Source: Macrostomum lignano (Eukaryota). Taken from it: a stretch of 64,000 nt of DNA. Below are positions 25,152 through 38,844 of the stretch, one piece after another (within the stretch, counting starts at the first letter, position 1; each line of letters starts with the position of its first letter). The position numbers were made by a program, and so were the translations under genes. Below the pieces are notes generated by a model, which searched no databases, was not told where the DNA came from, and was given only the letters and a program-made list of their open reading frames with translations. The stretch is taken from contig NIVC01000974.1 of assembly GCA_002269645.1 (NCBI GenBank), forward strand, positions 218,258 to 282,257. The letters are read 5' to 3'.

Positions 25152-26081
25152 TCAGTAGGACATGACGCTCTGTACACTCTTGTAGTTGCTGGAGTTGACA
25201 GACCTGGTCACGTTCTGGTGCAGCACCGAAGTCTGAAGTGTGGTCTTCGGGCCAGAGTTGGGCACGAAGGTCTTGCCGGAACTGTTCACCACTTGCACAG
25301 GTCTGGTGAGCGACTTTTTCTGATACTTTTCGCTCGAGTAAGTCGGGAAGCTGTCGAAGGTTCCCGCCTTCATGCCGCCGTCCTTTTTGCCAGGATTTGA
25401 CGGCTTGAACGGCCTGGCGATCGGTTCGGCTTTGGCCTCGGATTTGGTCAGCGCCGAGCCGCCTTTGTACGGATTGGCGTCGAAGAAGTCAGCCGGGTGA
25501 GTGCTCAGCTTGAATGCTCCTTTGCCAGCCACCTTCTGCTTGTGCTGTTCATTCTCTCGCTTCTGAATGTCCTTGTACTTTTCATAGGTGTCGCTCTTGT
25601 AGTCCGGATACTTGTTCAAAGTCACGAAGGCGTAACCGTAGCCGGTGCCCTTCTTGGGCGGATTTGTCAGAATGTTTTTTCCCTCGGGTGCAGCCTTGCC
25701 TTTCGATGACGAGAAGGCATTGAAATATTGTACAGGTCCAGAAAATGTTCCATAGTGGCTTCCAGTACCGCTGCCTACTTTCGGGAAGCTAGTGGGGTTC
25801 CAGCTCCGGGAAAGGTTCCGGGAGCTTGCTTTCTGTCTCTCCTGACGCCGAGTCTTGATAGGATCAGAGTAGCCTTCGCCTTCAAAAACACGACCAAATT
25901 CAGACATGTATCCTTGCGACAAGCCAGACTTCTTTTTTGTTCCTCCAGGCAGCATTTGTCGACCTTTGTAAGCAGATGTATTAAACTGGAAGTTGCCTGG
26001 ATTCTTGTAGGGATCGCCAACTGTATGGTAGGACATCTCCTTAAAGATGCCAATCCGATCCATATCTGATTTTGTTCCCAT
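25152..26081 (-). CDS. CFAP96: Cilia- and flagella-associated protein 96 (C4orf47, UPF0602), 309 aa, intronless
   Basis: KSDMDRIGIFKEMSYHTVGDPY, QMLPGGTK, RVFEGEGY, TNPPKKGTGYGY, FFDANPY and PFKPSNPGKKDGGMKAGTFDSFP match vertebrate C4orf47 along its length. Confidence 0.92.
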   Translation of the reverse strand: MGTKSDMDRIGIFKEMSYHTVGDPYKNPGNFQFNTSAYKGRQMLPGGTKKKSGLSQGYMSEFGRVFEGEGYSDPIKTRRQERQKASSRNLSRSWNPTSFPKVGSGTGSHYGTFSGPVQYFNAFSSSKGKAAPEGKNILTNPPKKGTGYGYAFVTLNKYPDYKSDTYEKYKDIQKRENEQHKQKVAGKGAFKLSTHPADFFDANPYKGGSALTKSEAKAEPIARPFKPSNPGKKDGGMKAGTFDSFPTYSSEKYQKKSLTRPVQVVNSSGKTFVPNSGPKTTLQTSVLHQNVTRSVNSSNYKSVQSVMSY

Positions 26082-27289
26082 CTTTGATGTCTACTAAGTT
26101 AAATAGCTACAAAAATGACAGTATTTTACGAATCTGCCAATGAGAAGCAAACTAATATTTCTTCCAAATGGTGCGAAGAAGATAAGAGCAAATTAATGAG
26201 CAAAAGCTTACATTCAAAACAACTTATGTTTCAATGGTGTCCATAGAAAAAATGCTTAGCAGCCGTACGCCTTTAATATTAAAAGCATACCAAGCATATT
26301 TACTGTATCTTATTTTGATTATAAGCCCGTTATTGTAGCTGTAGAAGTATTGAAAAATTTATTTTGTTATTTCTCATAAACTTTTTTAAACTGGCACGTT
26401 TTCAAACTGTTGACTAAACGGGATCACGTCAAAATTACAAAAATAAATAACCAGCTTAATAAGTGCCAGCCGTCCTTCTCATGTTTGCCTATATCAATTG
26501 ACTTCAGAATCTGGTTGTCAAATTTTATTTAATTTTAACTTACAATGCAAGAGCAGCTTTATTATTAGAATTTTAAGTGAGAATATTAGTCTAGTCTATG
26601 ATTATGAGTTTTAATTAAAAACACGAAATGTTCAGTATTCAGTATAAACTTGTCTTAATTAAATTATTCAGGCCGACGTTCTTATTAGTATATTTATATC
26701 GCAGTAATAATCGCATGGCTGTTATGATGTTTTAATTATATTATATAGCACCTAGCGGCTAATGTATTTTTAGAAGATAGGGGCATACTTTATTTAGGTT
26801 TAGAAAAGATCTAGCTAGATATTATAAATTTAAAAGGATCCAAGATTTTTTGTCACTATCACTATCATATCAGCCTAGCCCTTAATCAATAATAGTATAA
26901 TATATCACCCCATCAATATCCCTCCTTCACAGCTAAACCAAACAATTGTTTAGTTTCTAAATTTATTAGCATAAAGGAATTGATCAAAATTGACTACTAT
27001 TGAATTTTTTGTAAATTAGGCCTAACTTGCTTGAAATAAATTAAATGAATATATAAAATATATACTGTTGCTTTATCTTAAAAGTTTTTTGGCTATGTAT
27101 AGGAGAAACATTTTTTCTTAACCTAAGACTAAGTTATTAGGAAATTAATTATCTATTTTAATAGTAAATTAATAATTTTGTTTTATAAATTATATTGAAT
27201 TGAATTTATTATTCAATAATATTGTTAAAATATAAAATCCTCAATTTCCTAGTTTTAAAAAAATATCTAAATCTTAAATATTTGCTTAA

Positions 27290-27469
27290 TAGTGCAACCA
27301 GAAACTTTTGAAGAGGGGGGGCAGATTCTGGAAAGTAAAGTCCTAGGAGGGGGCAGAGGGGTGGCTCTGTTTTTGGCAAAAATTTGCTTGGTCCCCCCTT
27401 TGATTTTTTTGGGTCTCCGCCTAAGAGGGGGCGATTGCCCCTCTCCCACCTCCCTTGGTTGTGCCACTA
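27290..27469. mobile_element. ~180-bp MITE-like insertion with imperfect termini (AGTGCAACCA...TGGTTGTGCCACT); diverged inverted copy at ~30730-30852
   Basis: GC-rich island in AT-rich DNA. The two copies translate alike: RPKKIKGGTKQIFAK...SRICPPSSK vs RPEKIKGGTKRIFAK...SRIHPPLNK. Confidence 0.6.
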
Positions 27470-28187
27470 TATTTGCTTTATAAGTTAAGCCTACTTTTTG
27501 AGTATTTCTTACTAATATATATAAACTAAACCTATTTTTATAAATATAAAAGCTATGCTTTGGCTAGAGGCCATAATTTGGAAAGCAAAATGTCTGCCTG
27601 GATCCTAGTATACAACAAGGGTCTTACCATTTTCAGCATACATTAGGGTATATCTTGGCATTGTGTCAAATGACAATTTTTTGTATTGGCGCATAAATCC
27701 AGCATATAAACAAGGTCTTATCATTTTTTCCAGCATTAAACCCTGTGTATACTAATATGCAATCAAAACTGTAGGTTATAGGCCTTAGGCTTTTTATAAA
27801 TTGAATATTAACCTGACTATATTTTTATTTCTAATATCAAATAAGCAAGCAAGCTAAATTATATATATAATATATTAGAAATTATATTTTAAAAATTAAT
27901 AAAAAATTAACCTGACCAAAAACCCCTTTAAGTCATTATATAAACTCATTTATAATAAATGCAATCAAATTCCTAGTGTTTAAAGTTTCTATTTGTTATT
28001 TTTTAAATTTTTCGAAAAGAATATAATTCAATATACATCTAACTTGTCTTAGACCAAAGACTAAAAAACAGTTTGCATATTGCCAAATTTTTTATATATT
28101 TTGGAATTTCAGCTTCAATCAATCAAGTGTGCTAAAATCAATCAATTGGTTATTATAAAGATCAAGCATTAATTGCACTGCATAAGC

Positions 28188-31100
28188 ATGCAATTAAATG
28201 AGAGCAATGCATCAGCTGATCCACCATCATTGAGCAGTCCAGATAAATGCAGTGGTGTCACAGCACCTGTTCAGCTTGTAGCAGCTGCCTCATCTAAGCC
28301 AAATTTGTCTGGTTATAACCCACCAGCTAGACAGATTTCTGTGAAAATTCTTCCAAAATCAACTAGCCAGTCTGCTATAGACAATTCAGAGCAGAACTCT
28401 GGCCCTAGTAAGCTGACTCCGCCATCGCCAGGTGCCACTGCTCTGGAGAGTGGGAGGAAACCAACTAGCGAACAGCCGCCAAAGCCAGTTTTGAAAGTGA
28501 CCTGCCAGCCAATGCCAACTCCAATTATCCAACCGAAAGTGCAGTCTGCTCCAGTTTTTAAAGTAACTTCTCAGCCAATCTCGGTGACAGCCCCTCAGCA
28601 GCAGCCAGCAAAACCTATTTTCAAAGTTGCCCGTCAGTCATTGTCAATTGTAAATCCCCAGCAGCAGCAGTCAACAACACCCATAATAAAATTAAACTGC
28701 CAGCCAATGACTGTATCGCAGGTGCGGCAGCCTCAGCCACAGCAGCAAGCAACGCAGTCAGGCAACCCCAGTAAGTTGCCAGACGCTCCACCATCATTTG
28801 GTAAGCCCAGCCAGAAGCGGCAGTCAAGAAAACAGCAAGTACTTGGCCAGCAGCAGTCCCAGCCTCAGGCAGGACAGCGCTCATCTAAAACAGACTCTGC
28901 CATTATGTGGAAGCGACTGTCTGCGTCAGAAATGTTGAAGAAGCAGCAACAGTTAAAGCAGCAGAACAGCAATGAGCTGTTCCCGCCTGGTCCGTGCTCG
29001 CACATCTGCTCGGCCGCAGCGCCAGCGCATTCAGTAAGCGATAGCGGTGCTACATCAAAGCCGTGCGGGCCGCAATGTTTTCCTAGCGGTGCTCTTCCTA
29101 GCACAGAGTGCAAGCACTGCTACCTGTTGTTTCACCGGCGCTGCATCAAGTCCAACGATGCCAAGCGCCAAGGCCTGTGCAATTCGTGCTTGCAGAAGCA
29201 GCCAAGCCCAGCTAACAGCAACAGTACGCGCAAGAGATCTCACAATAGCAGTGAAAATGAAAAACACGGTGGCACCGAAAAAAAAGAGGACACCGAATCC
29301 TGCTCAAGTGCTTCCGCTAGTGCCGATTTTGAGCAGACGCCAGCAAGCAAAAAAGCCAAAAAGTCACTTAACACTCCCCCAGCTAGTAGCTCCACTAGGC
29401 CTCAGGTCTCAGGTGACCTTACTGAACCTGCTCAAACAGCTGCTAAAAAGCCACTTCAAATCTCCCTAGTCAGAGCCGTCTCCAAAGTGGACGGTAAGAA
29501 ACCGGCCGACGCCGCTTCGCCGGAGCTAGCTGGCTACGGAAACAAAGCCGACTATTTTAGTCAAGTAGGCCTGACTAGCGGCCCTAAACTATCAATTAGT
29601 AGTGACTCCGGCAAACAGAAGGAGCAGCAGCAGATTTATAAAATCCAACTCAATTCAACTGGCTCGAAGAGAACTTCCACTAATAAAACTAGCATTCCAG
29701 AAGCTAATTTGGAGCAAGAATCCGATGCAGATAAGGAAGCTGACAGTGCAACGCCGCTGACCCAAAAGAGGAAACCAGAAGTTCAAATGGCGCCCGCCGA
29801 GGCCCCTCGTCAAAAGCCGTCCACGCGCACCGTTAAAGTTCAAGCGCGCTGTCGATTCCGATTGAAAATGTCGGAAAAATTCGCTTAATACTACTCACCG
29901 CTCGGTAACATCTCAACGCTTAGTTTCCGCATTCTAGAGCGAATATTCGATCAGCTTGAACTGGCCGATCTACTTACCTGTCGCCTTGTCTGCTCTGAGT
30001 GGCGCCGTCTAGTTGACTGTCATCGCACCTTTTCCAGCCTGTGCCTGTCTAGCGACTGTTGCAGTACCATCAACTGGCGCCTGCTAGGCGATCAATTGGC
30101 TCGCTGCCAGACCCGCTCGTTGGATCTGCGCAAGCTGAGCGGCGCAGTCAGCGCCACAGCCGCCAGAGCCGTGCACGAGTCGCTCTGCTCGCGCAGTCTG
30201 ACCAGCGTCCGGCTGGCAACTCTCGAGTCCGCCACCCTCGCCCGGCTGCTCAGCCTGGGCCGCCAGCTGGATCTCAGCTGGCTGGAGTTCACCATCAACT
30301 GCCTGGTTGACTCCGCCGAGCCGGCCGCTCCAGCCGGCTTCGATCTAGTCCAGTGCTTGCAATCCTTGAGCCGGCTCCAGCGCCTGTCTGTTGGTGCCAC
30401 AGCCGGCCTTCGACTCGACTGTCTGGTGGCCAGTGGCGCCGAATTCCCGCTGACCCGACTGGCGCTCCGGAATCTGGCCGCCAATTCCCGGCCGCCGCCG
30501 GTGTTGCTGCCGGCGCTGGCCCGGATCACCGTCAGCGGGCAGTCCGCCTGTCTGGCCGCCTGGGTGGCTGCCGCGGCCGGTCGGGCCTGCCGTCAGCTCA
30601 AACTGTTGGGCCCGAGATCCACCGCCGATCTGGCCGACCTGGGGCTGGCCTGGCGCGAGACTCTGGCCAGTCTGACTGCGTAAGTTCAGCTGCTCTTTGA
30701 CTGGAGACACTGATGCATGGTCCTCAGAACAGGGGCGCATCCTCTTTGGCAAAGACCTGAAAAAATTAAAGGGGGAACCAAGCGCATTTTCGCCAAAATT
30801 CAAACCCACCCCCCTTTTGGGTCTTTATCTTCGAGAATCCACCCCCCTCTCAACAAATATATATGTACATGCATTATCGTTACAGTACCCATCAAGTTTT
30901 GCGTATACTAGCTTTATTAAATTGGCTATGCATGGTTGAATTGGTTTTCAATTCAATTAATTCTCAATTAGACATTTGTTTGCACCAGGTACGATTTCAA
31001 ATTCTGATACATCAGTTCGATCGGCTTTCGCCGAAATAACTTTCGCCGAAATGTCTTTTCGCCGATGTGACCTGCACCCGCGCGTAAAAGGTCCTCTGGA

Positions 31101-31829
31101 CTGACACATACAGGGTCCTCAGAACTGACACATACAGGGTCCTCAGAACTGACACATACAGGGCCCTCAGAACTGACACATACAGGACCCTCAGAACTGA
31201 CACATACAGGACCCTCAGAACTGACACATACAGGACCCTCAGAACTGACACATACAGGACCCTCAGAACTGACACATACAGGACCCTCAGAACTGACACA
31301 TACAGGACCCTCAGAACTGACACATACAGGGTCCTCAGAACTGACACATACAGGACCCTCAGAACTAACACATACAGGGTCCTCAGAACTGACACATACA
31401 GGGCCCTCAGAACTGACACATACAGGGTCCTCAGAACTGACACATACAGGGTCCTCAGAACTGACACATACAGGGTCCTCAGAACTGACACATACAGGAC
31501 CCTCAGAACTGACACATACAGGACCCTCAGAACTGACACATACAGGACCCTCTGAACTCAGAACGACTTAGAAGCTTCTCAAATTGTTCAACCATTGCTC
31601 CGCCTCATCCGACAGTCTGGAGTCGCTCACCATTGGCGTCGACCGGCTGCCGCTGCCGGCCCAGCTGGTGGACTGGCTGCCTGCCGGCCTGCCCAGCCTT
31701 ATCCTGGCCGTAGCGGCGGCCGCTGGCTGCGACCAGCAGCAGCAGCGAATGCATCAGCAGCTGACAGCTCGGCTGCTGGCACAGCAGCTGAGTAACCGAG
31801 GCACCAAGCTCACAGTGATTGGTCGCTGA
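28188..31829 (+). CDS. PHD-finger + F-box + leucine-rich-repeat protein (KDM2/FBXL19-like domain order): exon 28188-30679 with an in-frame TAA at 29886-29888, then exon 31616-31829
   Basis: PHD-like CGPQC...ECKHCYLLFHRRC...GLCNSC. In the same frame after the TAA: F-box TLSFRILERIFDQLELADLLTCRLVCSEWRRLVD, then LxxLxL repeats. Donor GC|GTAAGT at 30680 and acceptor CAG at 31615 join in frame. Confidence 0.7.
31025..31560. repeat. Intronic repeats: short tttcgccgaa cluster (31025-31070) and a 24-bp minisatellite (cctcagaactgacacatacagggt, 31096-31560)
   Basis: Tandem periodicity; 8-aa repeat in the ORF track. Confidence 0.92.
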
Positions 31830-32586
31830 CTTCAAGATCATTGATTTAAGCATGAAGACTTGACTGAGTTTTTTAAGAAAATCTTTGAGAAGCGGCAGTC
31901 TCCACGCCTAAAATACAGTAGGGTGACAAACTTCATTTTTGTAATTTAGCTTAGAAAATTGTGTAAAATATTTTAGAAAATGGTCTGTCAAATCTCTTAT
32001 GTTTCTCGTATTGCCAGCCTCCTAAAGATTTTCTAAGAAACGAAGTCCCCCACCATTCGTTTTAAGCCGTCTCTGACTGCATGTGCTTCTTGGACCTTTT
32101 AACCTGATCAATCGAGTTTACACTTACGAAGGGTTGAGTTGAAGTTGAGAGTTTTTAAAAATTAATCTAGACTAAGTTTTTCTCCTTTTCTTTTATGTAC
32201 CTGCAGTGATCATTTCATCATAGCTTAGTGTCTGTTAAATAAATGCAAACAAAACCCAAGGATAGACCGACAGCAATGATCGCATTTTAACGTACTACTT
32301 GATCTACTGCGGTTAAGCAGTGAGTGCATTTTCACCCCATAAATTCATGTATATATATTGTTTAGTTTGTGAAGGTTTTGCGAAGGTGCTTAAATACTAG
32401 CTAATAAATTCCTTGCAATATTGCTCCTAGACTACTAACAAGTAACAGAATACACACATTTCAGCTATTACACGTGCTGCTTTTTCACTACTGTTCCACA
32501 ACATCTGCCATTAATATAAGTTATTCGAGATTTTCTCTTCCAATGTTATTTCTCTCAATATCTAATAGTCCGCATTTAATAACTTA

Positions 32587-33484
32587 TAGATAGCTGACAA
32601 CCCATGTTAGATATAGCTGACAACCCATGTTAGATATAGCTGACAACCCATATTAGATAGCTGACAACCCATGTTAGATATAGCTGACAACCCATATTAG
32701 ATAGCTGACAACCCATGTTAGATATAGCTGACAACCCATGTTAGATATAGCTGACAACCCAGATTAGATAGCTGACAACCCAGATTAGATAGCTGACAAC
32801 CCAGATTAAATAGCTGACAGCCCAGATTAAATAGCTGACAACCCAGATTAAATAGCTGACAACCCATGTTAGATATAGCTGACAACCCAGATTAGATAGC
32901 TGACAACCGAGATTAAATAGCTGATAACCCAGATTAGATAGCTGACAACCCAGATTAGATAGCTGACAACCCAGATTAGATAGCTGACAACCCAGATTAG
33001 ATAGCTGACAACCCAGATTAGATAGCTGACAACCCAGATTAGATAGCTGACAACCCAGATTAGATAGCTGACAACCCAGATTAGATAGCTGACAACCCAG
33101 ATTAAATAGCTGACAACCCATGTTAGATATAGCTGACAACCCAGATTAAATATCTGACAACCCATGTTAGATATAGCTGACAACCCATGTTAGATATAGC
33201 TGACAACCCAGATTAGATAGCTGACAACCCAGGTTAGATATAGCTGACAACCCAGATTAGATAGCTGACAACCCAGGTTAGATATAGCTGACAACCCATG
33301 TTAGATATAGCTGACAACCCAGATTAGATAGCTGACAACCCAGGTTAGATATAGCTGACAACCCAGATTAGATAGCTGACAACCCAGGTTAGATATAGCT
33401 GACAACCCATGTTAGATATAGCTGACAACCCAGATTAGATAGCTGACAACCCAGGTTAGATAGCTGACAACCCAGATTAGATAG
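32587..33484. repeat. 21/23-bp minisatellite (tagatagctgacaacccagat)
   Basis: Tandem periodicity visible directly. Confidence 0.95.
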
Positions 33485-34469
33485 GTTACGGTGCAGATTG
33501 AAAAGCTAAATTAGGTACAAGTTTGTGCCGAAATGCGTGCTTAGAATTGCATTGCGAGTGAAATTCGGCACTTTCTTAAGCATTTATATTGCGTGGCGAA
33601 GTTTAGCCAATTTTTATTCTGCCTGTGCAGGTGATGCAGCAAGCTTTGGCGAGTATCAACGTGATGAAATCCGGAAAAGATCTAAAATGGGAGTGCTGCT
33701 TCTCAAATAAAAACCCCGAACGGGCCTCTTTAAGCCGCGACCACCCCCTGCAGCAGCTTCTGTAGTGGATCTTCCGTTGGTCCGGAGTGTCCTTATTTAA
33801 TAGACCGCCACTGCCGGGCCAGATCAATGCAATAAAAGTGCATTTCCGCCTGCCAAGTCAATAAATCGCCAACTCTGGTCTGGCACGCATATTTTACGAG
33901 TACTAGTTTAAACTTCTATAATTTACGAGGGTATTATGAATATACCCATACTATATATACTACTCTAGCAAGCGGGACGACCTCGTTAGTAGCTCACTGT
34001 GCGAACTGCAGGGCAGAAGCTGGGCCACTTATTTGAGTACGAGCTCAAACTTATACAGATTGTGGGTTTGCCATTGGCTTGTTACAGGACTTTGCCAAAA
34101 AAATTCCCAGCTCGGCTCAGAAATGAATCGAACGCGTCAGCCAGACCTATCCCAGATGAAGTAGAGAGGCTGCAGACACACGTGCCCGAGGCTACGGACG
34201 CAGTGATTAGGGATAGACGGCTTAGCAACACCGTGCAGTTGGAGGATTAAGGATTAGTACGAGACTCTCGGACTTCTCATTCGATGCGAGTTCAGATTTG
34301 GTGACTCTTTCACGTGGAGCCGGTTTGGCCAAATTTGATTTATTCTAATTCTGGCTGCGGCACGGATTCAGCCATCTGCAGAATCGGCTTCGTTATTTGT
34401 ATAAAACTTCATTAGACAGTCCTACTGTTTCACCTGTTAGATGGACACGTTTGATCTTACCTGGCTCAC

Positions 34470-36311
34470 TGCTGACACTAGCTTTACACTCAGCATCTGA
34501 CACAGTAGCTTACCCTCAGCGCCTGACACTAGCTTACCCTTAACGCCTGACACTAGCTTACCCTCAACACCTGACACTAGCTTACCCTCATCACCTGACA
34601 CTAGCTTACCCTTAACGCCTGACACTAGCTTACCCTCAACACCTGACACTAGCTTACCCTCAACACCTGACACTAGCTTACCCTCAACGCCTGACACTAG
34701 CTTACCCTCAACACCTGACACTAGCTTACCCTCAACGCCTGACACTAGCTTACCCTCAACACCTGACACTAGCTTACCCTCAACAGATGACACTAGCTTA
34801 CCCTCAACTGATGACACTAGCTTACCCTCAACAGATGACACTAGCTTACCCTCAACAGATGACACTAGATTACACTCTTAGGACAGCTACAACAGGCACA
34901 GCAGGTACAGCTACAGCAGGCACAGCTACAGCAGGCACAGCTACAGCAGGCACAGCTACAGCAGGCACAGCAGGTACAGCTACAGCAGGCACAGCTACAG
35001 CAGGCACAGCTACAGCAGGCACAGCTACAGCAGGCACAGCTACAGCAGGCACAGCTACAGCAGGCACAGCTAGAGCAGGCACAGCTAGAGCAGGCACAGC
35101 TACAGCAGGCACAGCTACAGCAGGCACAGCTAGAGCAGACACAGCTACAGCAGGCACAGCTACAACAGGCACAGCTACAGCAGGCACAGCTACAGCAGGC
35201 ACAGCTACAGCAGGCACAGCTAGAGCAGACACAGCTACAAAGGCACAGCTACAAAGGCACAGCTACAGCAGGCACAGCTACAACAGGCACAGCTACAACA
35301 GGCACAGCTACAGCAGACACAGCAGGCACAGCTACAAAGGCACAGCTACAGCAGGCACAGCTACAACAGGCACAGCTACAACAGGCACAGCTACAGCAGA
35401 CACAGCAGGCACAGCTACAGCAGACACAACAGGCACAGCTACAGCAGGCACAGCTACAACAGGCACAGCTACAGCAGGCACAGCTACAACAGGCACAGCT
35501 ACAGCAGACACAGCAGGCACAGCTACAAAGGCACAGCTACAGCAGGCACAGCTACAACAGGCACAGCTACAACAGGCACAGCTACAGCAGACACAGCAGG
35601 CACAGCTACAGCAGACACAACAGGCACAGCTACAGCAGGCACAGCTACAACAGGCACAGCTACAGCAGGCACAGCTACAGCAGGCACAGCTACAACAGGC
35701 ACAGCTACAGCAGGCACAGCTACAGCAGGCACAGCTACAACAGGCACAGCTACAGCAGGCACAGCTACAGCAGGCACAGCTACAACAGGCACAGCAGACA
35801 CAACAGGCACAGCTACAGCAGACACAGCAGGCACAGCTACAGCAGACACAACAGGCACAGCTACAGCAGACACAGCAGGCACAGCTACAGCAGACACAAC
35901 AGGCACAGCTACAGCAGACACAGCAGGCACAGCTACAGCAGACACAACAGGCACAGCTACAGCAGACACAACAGGCACAGCTACAGCAGACACAACAGGC
36001 ACAGCTACAACAGGCACAGCAGACACAACAGGCACAGCTACAGCAGACACAGCAGGCACAGCTACAGCAGACACAACAGGCACAGCTACAGCAGACACAG
36101 CAGGCACAGCTACAGCAGACACAACAGGCACAGCTACAGCAGACACAGCAGGCACAGCTACAGCAGACACAACAGGCACAGCTACAGCAGACACAGCAGG
36201 CACAGCTACAGCAGACACAACAGGCACAGCTACAGCAGACACAACAGGCACAGCTACAGCAGACACAACAGGCACAGCTACAGCAGACACAACAGGCACA
36301 GCTACAGCAGG
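34470..36311. repeat. Two abutting arrays: 24-bp (ctgacactagcttaccctcaacac, 34470-34870) and 15/24-bp (acagctacagcaggc with agacacagc inserts, 34883-36311)
   Basis: Tandem periodicity; source of the AGTAT/QQAQL/CSCAC pseudo-ORFs. Confidence 0.95.
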
Positions 36312-36842
36312 CTGATGCTTTATTGGCTGTTGAGCAGAATCTGCCGCCTTCAGAATTATTTGTGCCGGACAAAAATTTCTTCAATTTTTCCTTTTCACTT
36401 TAGTAGATAGATTTTGGACTAATCTACCCGCGCCTTTCCCGAGCTTGGGATTCGAATAATCCGCCGGGGATTTGATGAGGCTCAGAGGATTCTGGAGTCG
36501 TCTTAGTCGAGCCACATCTGTGAATAGCGAATTTGGGAAGGCAGAATGCGGCACCAACAGCAGAGACATCTGCTCGAGGCGGGCCGGGCCAGAAATCAAT
36601 TTAACTCGAGGTCCTCAGCGGGCGGCCAGCGAACCGCAGCCTGTCTGCCAGTTGGAATTGGCCCGCGGCCACCGCTGCAAGTGCCGAATATCAATTAATT
36701 ATTCGTATAGCCGAGCTCTGCATTTGCTTGCCTTAGATCGAAATTCCATGGCACCGTAAATTTTACACGACCATACGAGTGAGTACACGCGGTCGGTTAA
36801 GGTCAGCTATTTTATTCAGTTTTTACGCTTTTGATGTTCACG

Positions 36843-38570
36843 GTGGTGTGTTCTACATCCTCTGGTGTGTTCTACACCCTGTGGTGTGTTCTACACCCTC
36901 TGGTGTGTTTAACACCCTCTGGTGTGTTCTATACCCTCTGGTGTGTGTTCTACACCCTTTGGTGTGTTCTACACTCTTTGGTGTGTTCTACACTCTTTGG
37001 TGTGTTCTACACCCTCTGGTGTGTTCTATACCATCTAGTATGTTCTACACCCTCTGGTGTGTTCTACACCCTCTGGTGTGTTCTACACCCTCTGGTGTGT
37101 TCTACACCCTTTGGTGTGTTCTACACCCTCTGGTGTGTTCTATACCCTCTGGTGTGTGTTCTACACCCTTTGGTGTGTTCTACACTCTTTGGTGTGTTCT
37201 ACACCCTTTGGTGTGTTCTACACCCTTTGGTGTGTTCTACACTCTTTGGTGTGTTCTACACCCTCTGGTGTGTTCTATACCATCTAGTATGTTCTACACC
37301 CTCTGGTGTGTGTTCTACACCCTCTGGTGTGTTCTACACCCTCTGGTGTTATACACCCTCTGGTGTGTTCTACACCCTCTGGTGTTATACACCCTCTGGT
37401 GTGTTCTACACCCTTTGGTGTGTTCTACACCCTCTGGTGTGTTCTATACCATCTAGTATGTTCTACACCCTCTGGTGTGTGTTCTACACCCTCTGGTGTG
37501 TTCTACACCCTCTGGTGTTATACACCCTCTGGTGTGTTCTACACCCTTTGATGTGTTCTACACCTTTTGGTGTGTTCTACACCTTTTGGTGTGTTCTACA
37601 CCTTTTGGTATGTTCTACACCTTTTGGTGTGTTCTACACCTTTTGGTGTGTTCTACACCTTTTGGTGTGTTCTACACCTTTTGGTGTGTTCTACACCTTT
37701 TGGTATGTTCTACACCCTTTGGTGTGTTCTACACCCTTTGGTGTGTTCTACACCCTCTGGTGTGTTCTACACCCTCTGGTGTGTTCTACACCCTCTGGTG
37801 TGTTCTACACCCTCTGTTGGTGTGTTCTACACCCTCTGTTGGTGTGTTCTACACCCTCTGGTGTGTTCTACACCCTCTGATGGTGTGTTCTACACCCTCT
37901 GGTGTGTTCTACACCCTCTGGTGTGTTCTACACCCTCTGGTGTGTTCTACACCCTCTGGTGTGTTCTACACCCTCTGGTGTGTTCTATACTCTGCTGCGT
38001 TCTACACCCTTTGATGGTGTGTTCTACACCCTCCGATGGTGTGTTCTACACCCTCCGTTGGTGTGTTCTACACCCTCTGTTGGTGTGTTCTAAACCCTCT
38101 GTTGGTGTGTTCTACACCCTCTGTTGGTGTGTTCTACACCCTCTGTTGGTGTGTTCTACACCCTCTGTTGGTGTGTTCTACACCCTCTGGTGTGTTCTAC
38201 ACCCTCTGGTGTGTTCTACACCCTCTGTTGGTGTGTTCTACACCCTCTGGTGTGTTCTACACCCTCTGGTGTGTTCTACACCCTCTGGTGTGTTCTACAC
38301 CCTCTGTTGGTGTGTTCTACACCCTCTGGTGTGTTCTACACCCTCTGTTGGTGTGTTATACACCCTCTGGTGTGTTCTACACCCTCTGTTGGTGTGTTCT
38401 ACACCCTCTGGTGTGTTCTACACCCTCTGGTGTGTTCTACACCCTCTGTTGGTGTGTTCTACACCCTCTGTTGGTGTGTTCTACACCCTCTGTTGGTGTG
38501 TTCTACACCCTCTGTTGGTGTGTTCTACACCCTCTGGTGTGTTCTACACCCTCTGGTGTGTTCTACACCC
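36843..38570. repeat. 19-bp minisatellite (ggtgtgttctacaccctct); second copy at 42378-44046
   Basis: Tandem periodicity; each unit holds a GGTGT/ACACC mini inverted repeat. Confidence 0.95.
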
Positions 38571-38844
38571 TCTTATCTGCTGTCTCCTACACCAGTTAAA
38601 CCTTCGAACACTACAAACTTTGAAATGACTGGTACCTTTCGATAGACATGAGCATTTCAAAGACTGCAAATAGTTGTTACCTGTATTCCTTTTTTTGCAT
38701 GAGTCATTTTCAACTGCCGACTTTCAACAAATTGAATTCGTTAATGGATGCAGACCGATCAGCATGCTTGCTGGGTTTATTTGTAAGCATCAAACATTCA
38801 AACAAAATCGAATTCAATTTTCAGATTGACAGCTCGATGGCCAA

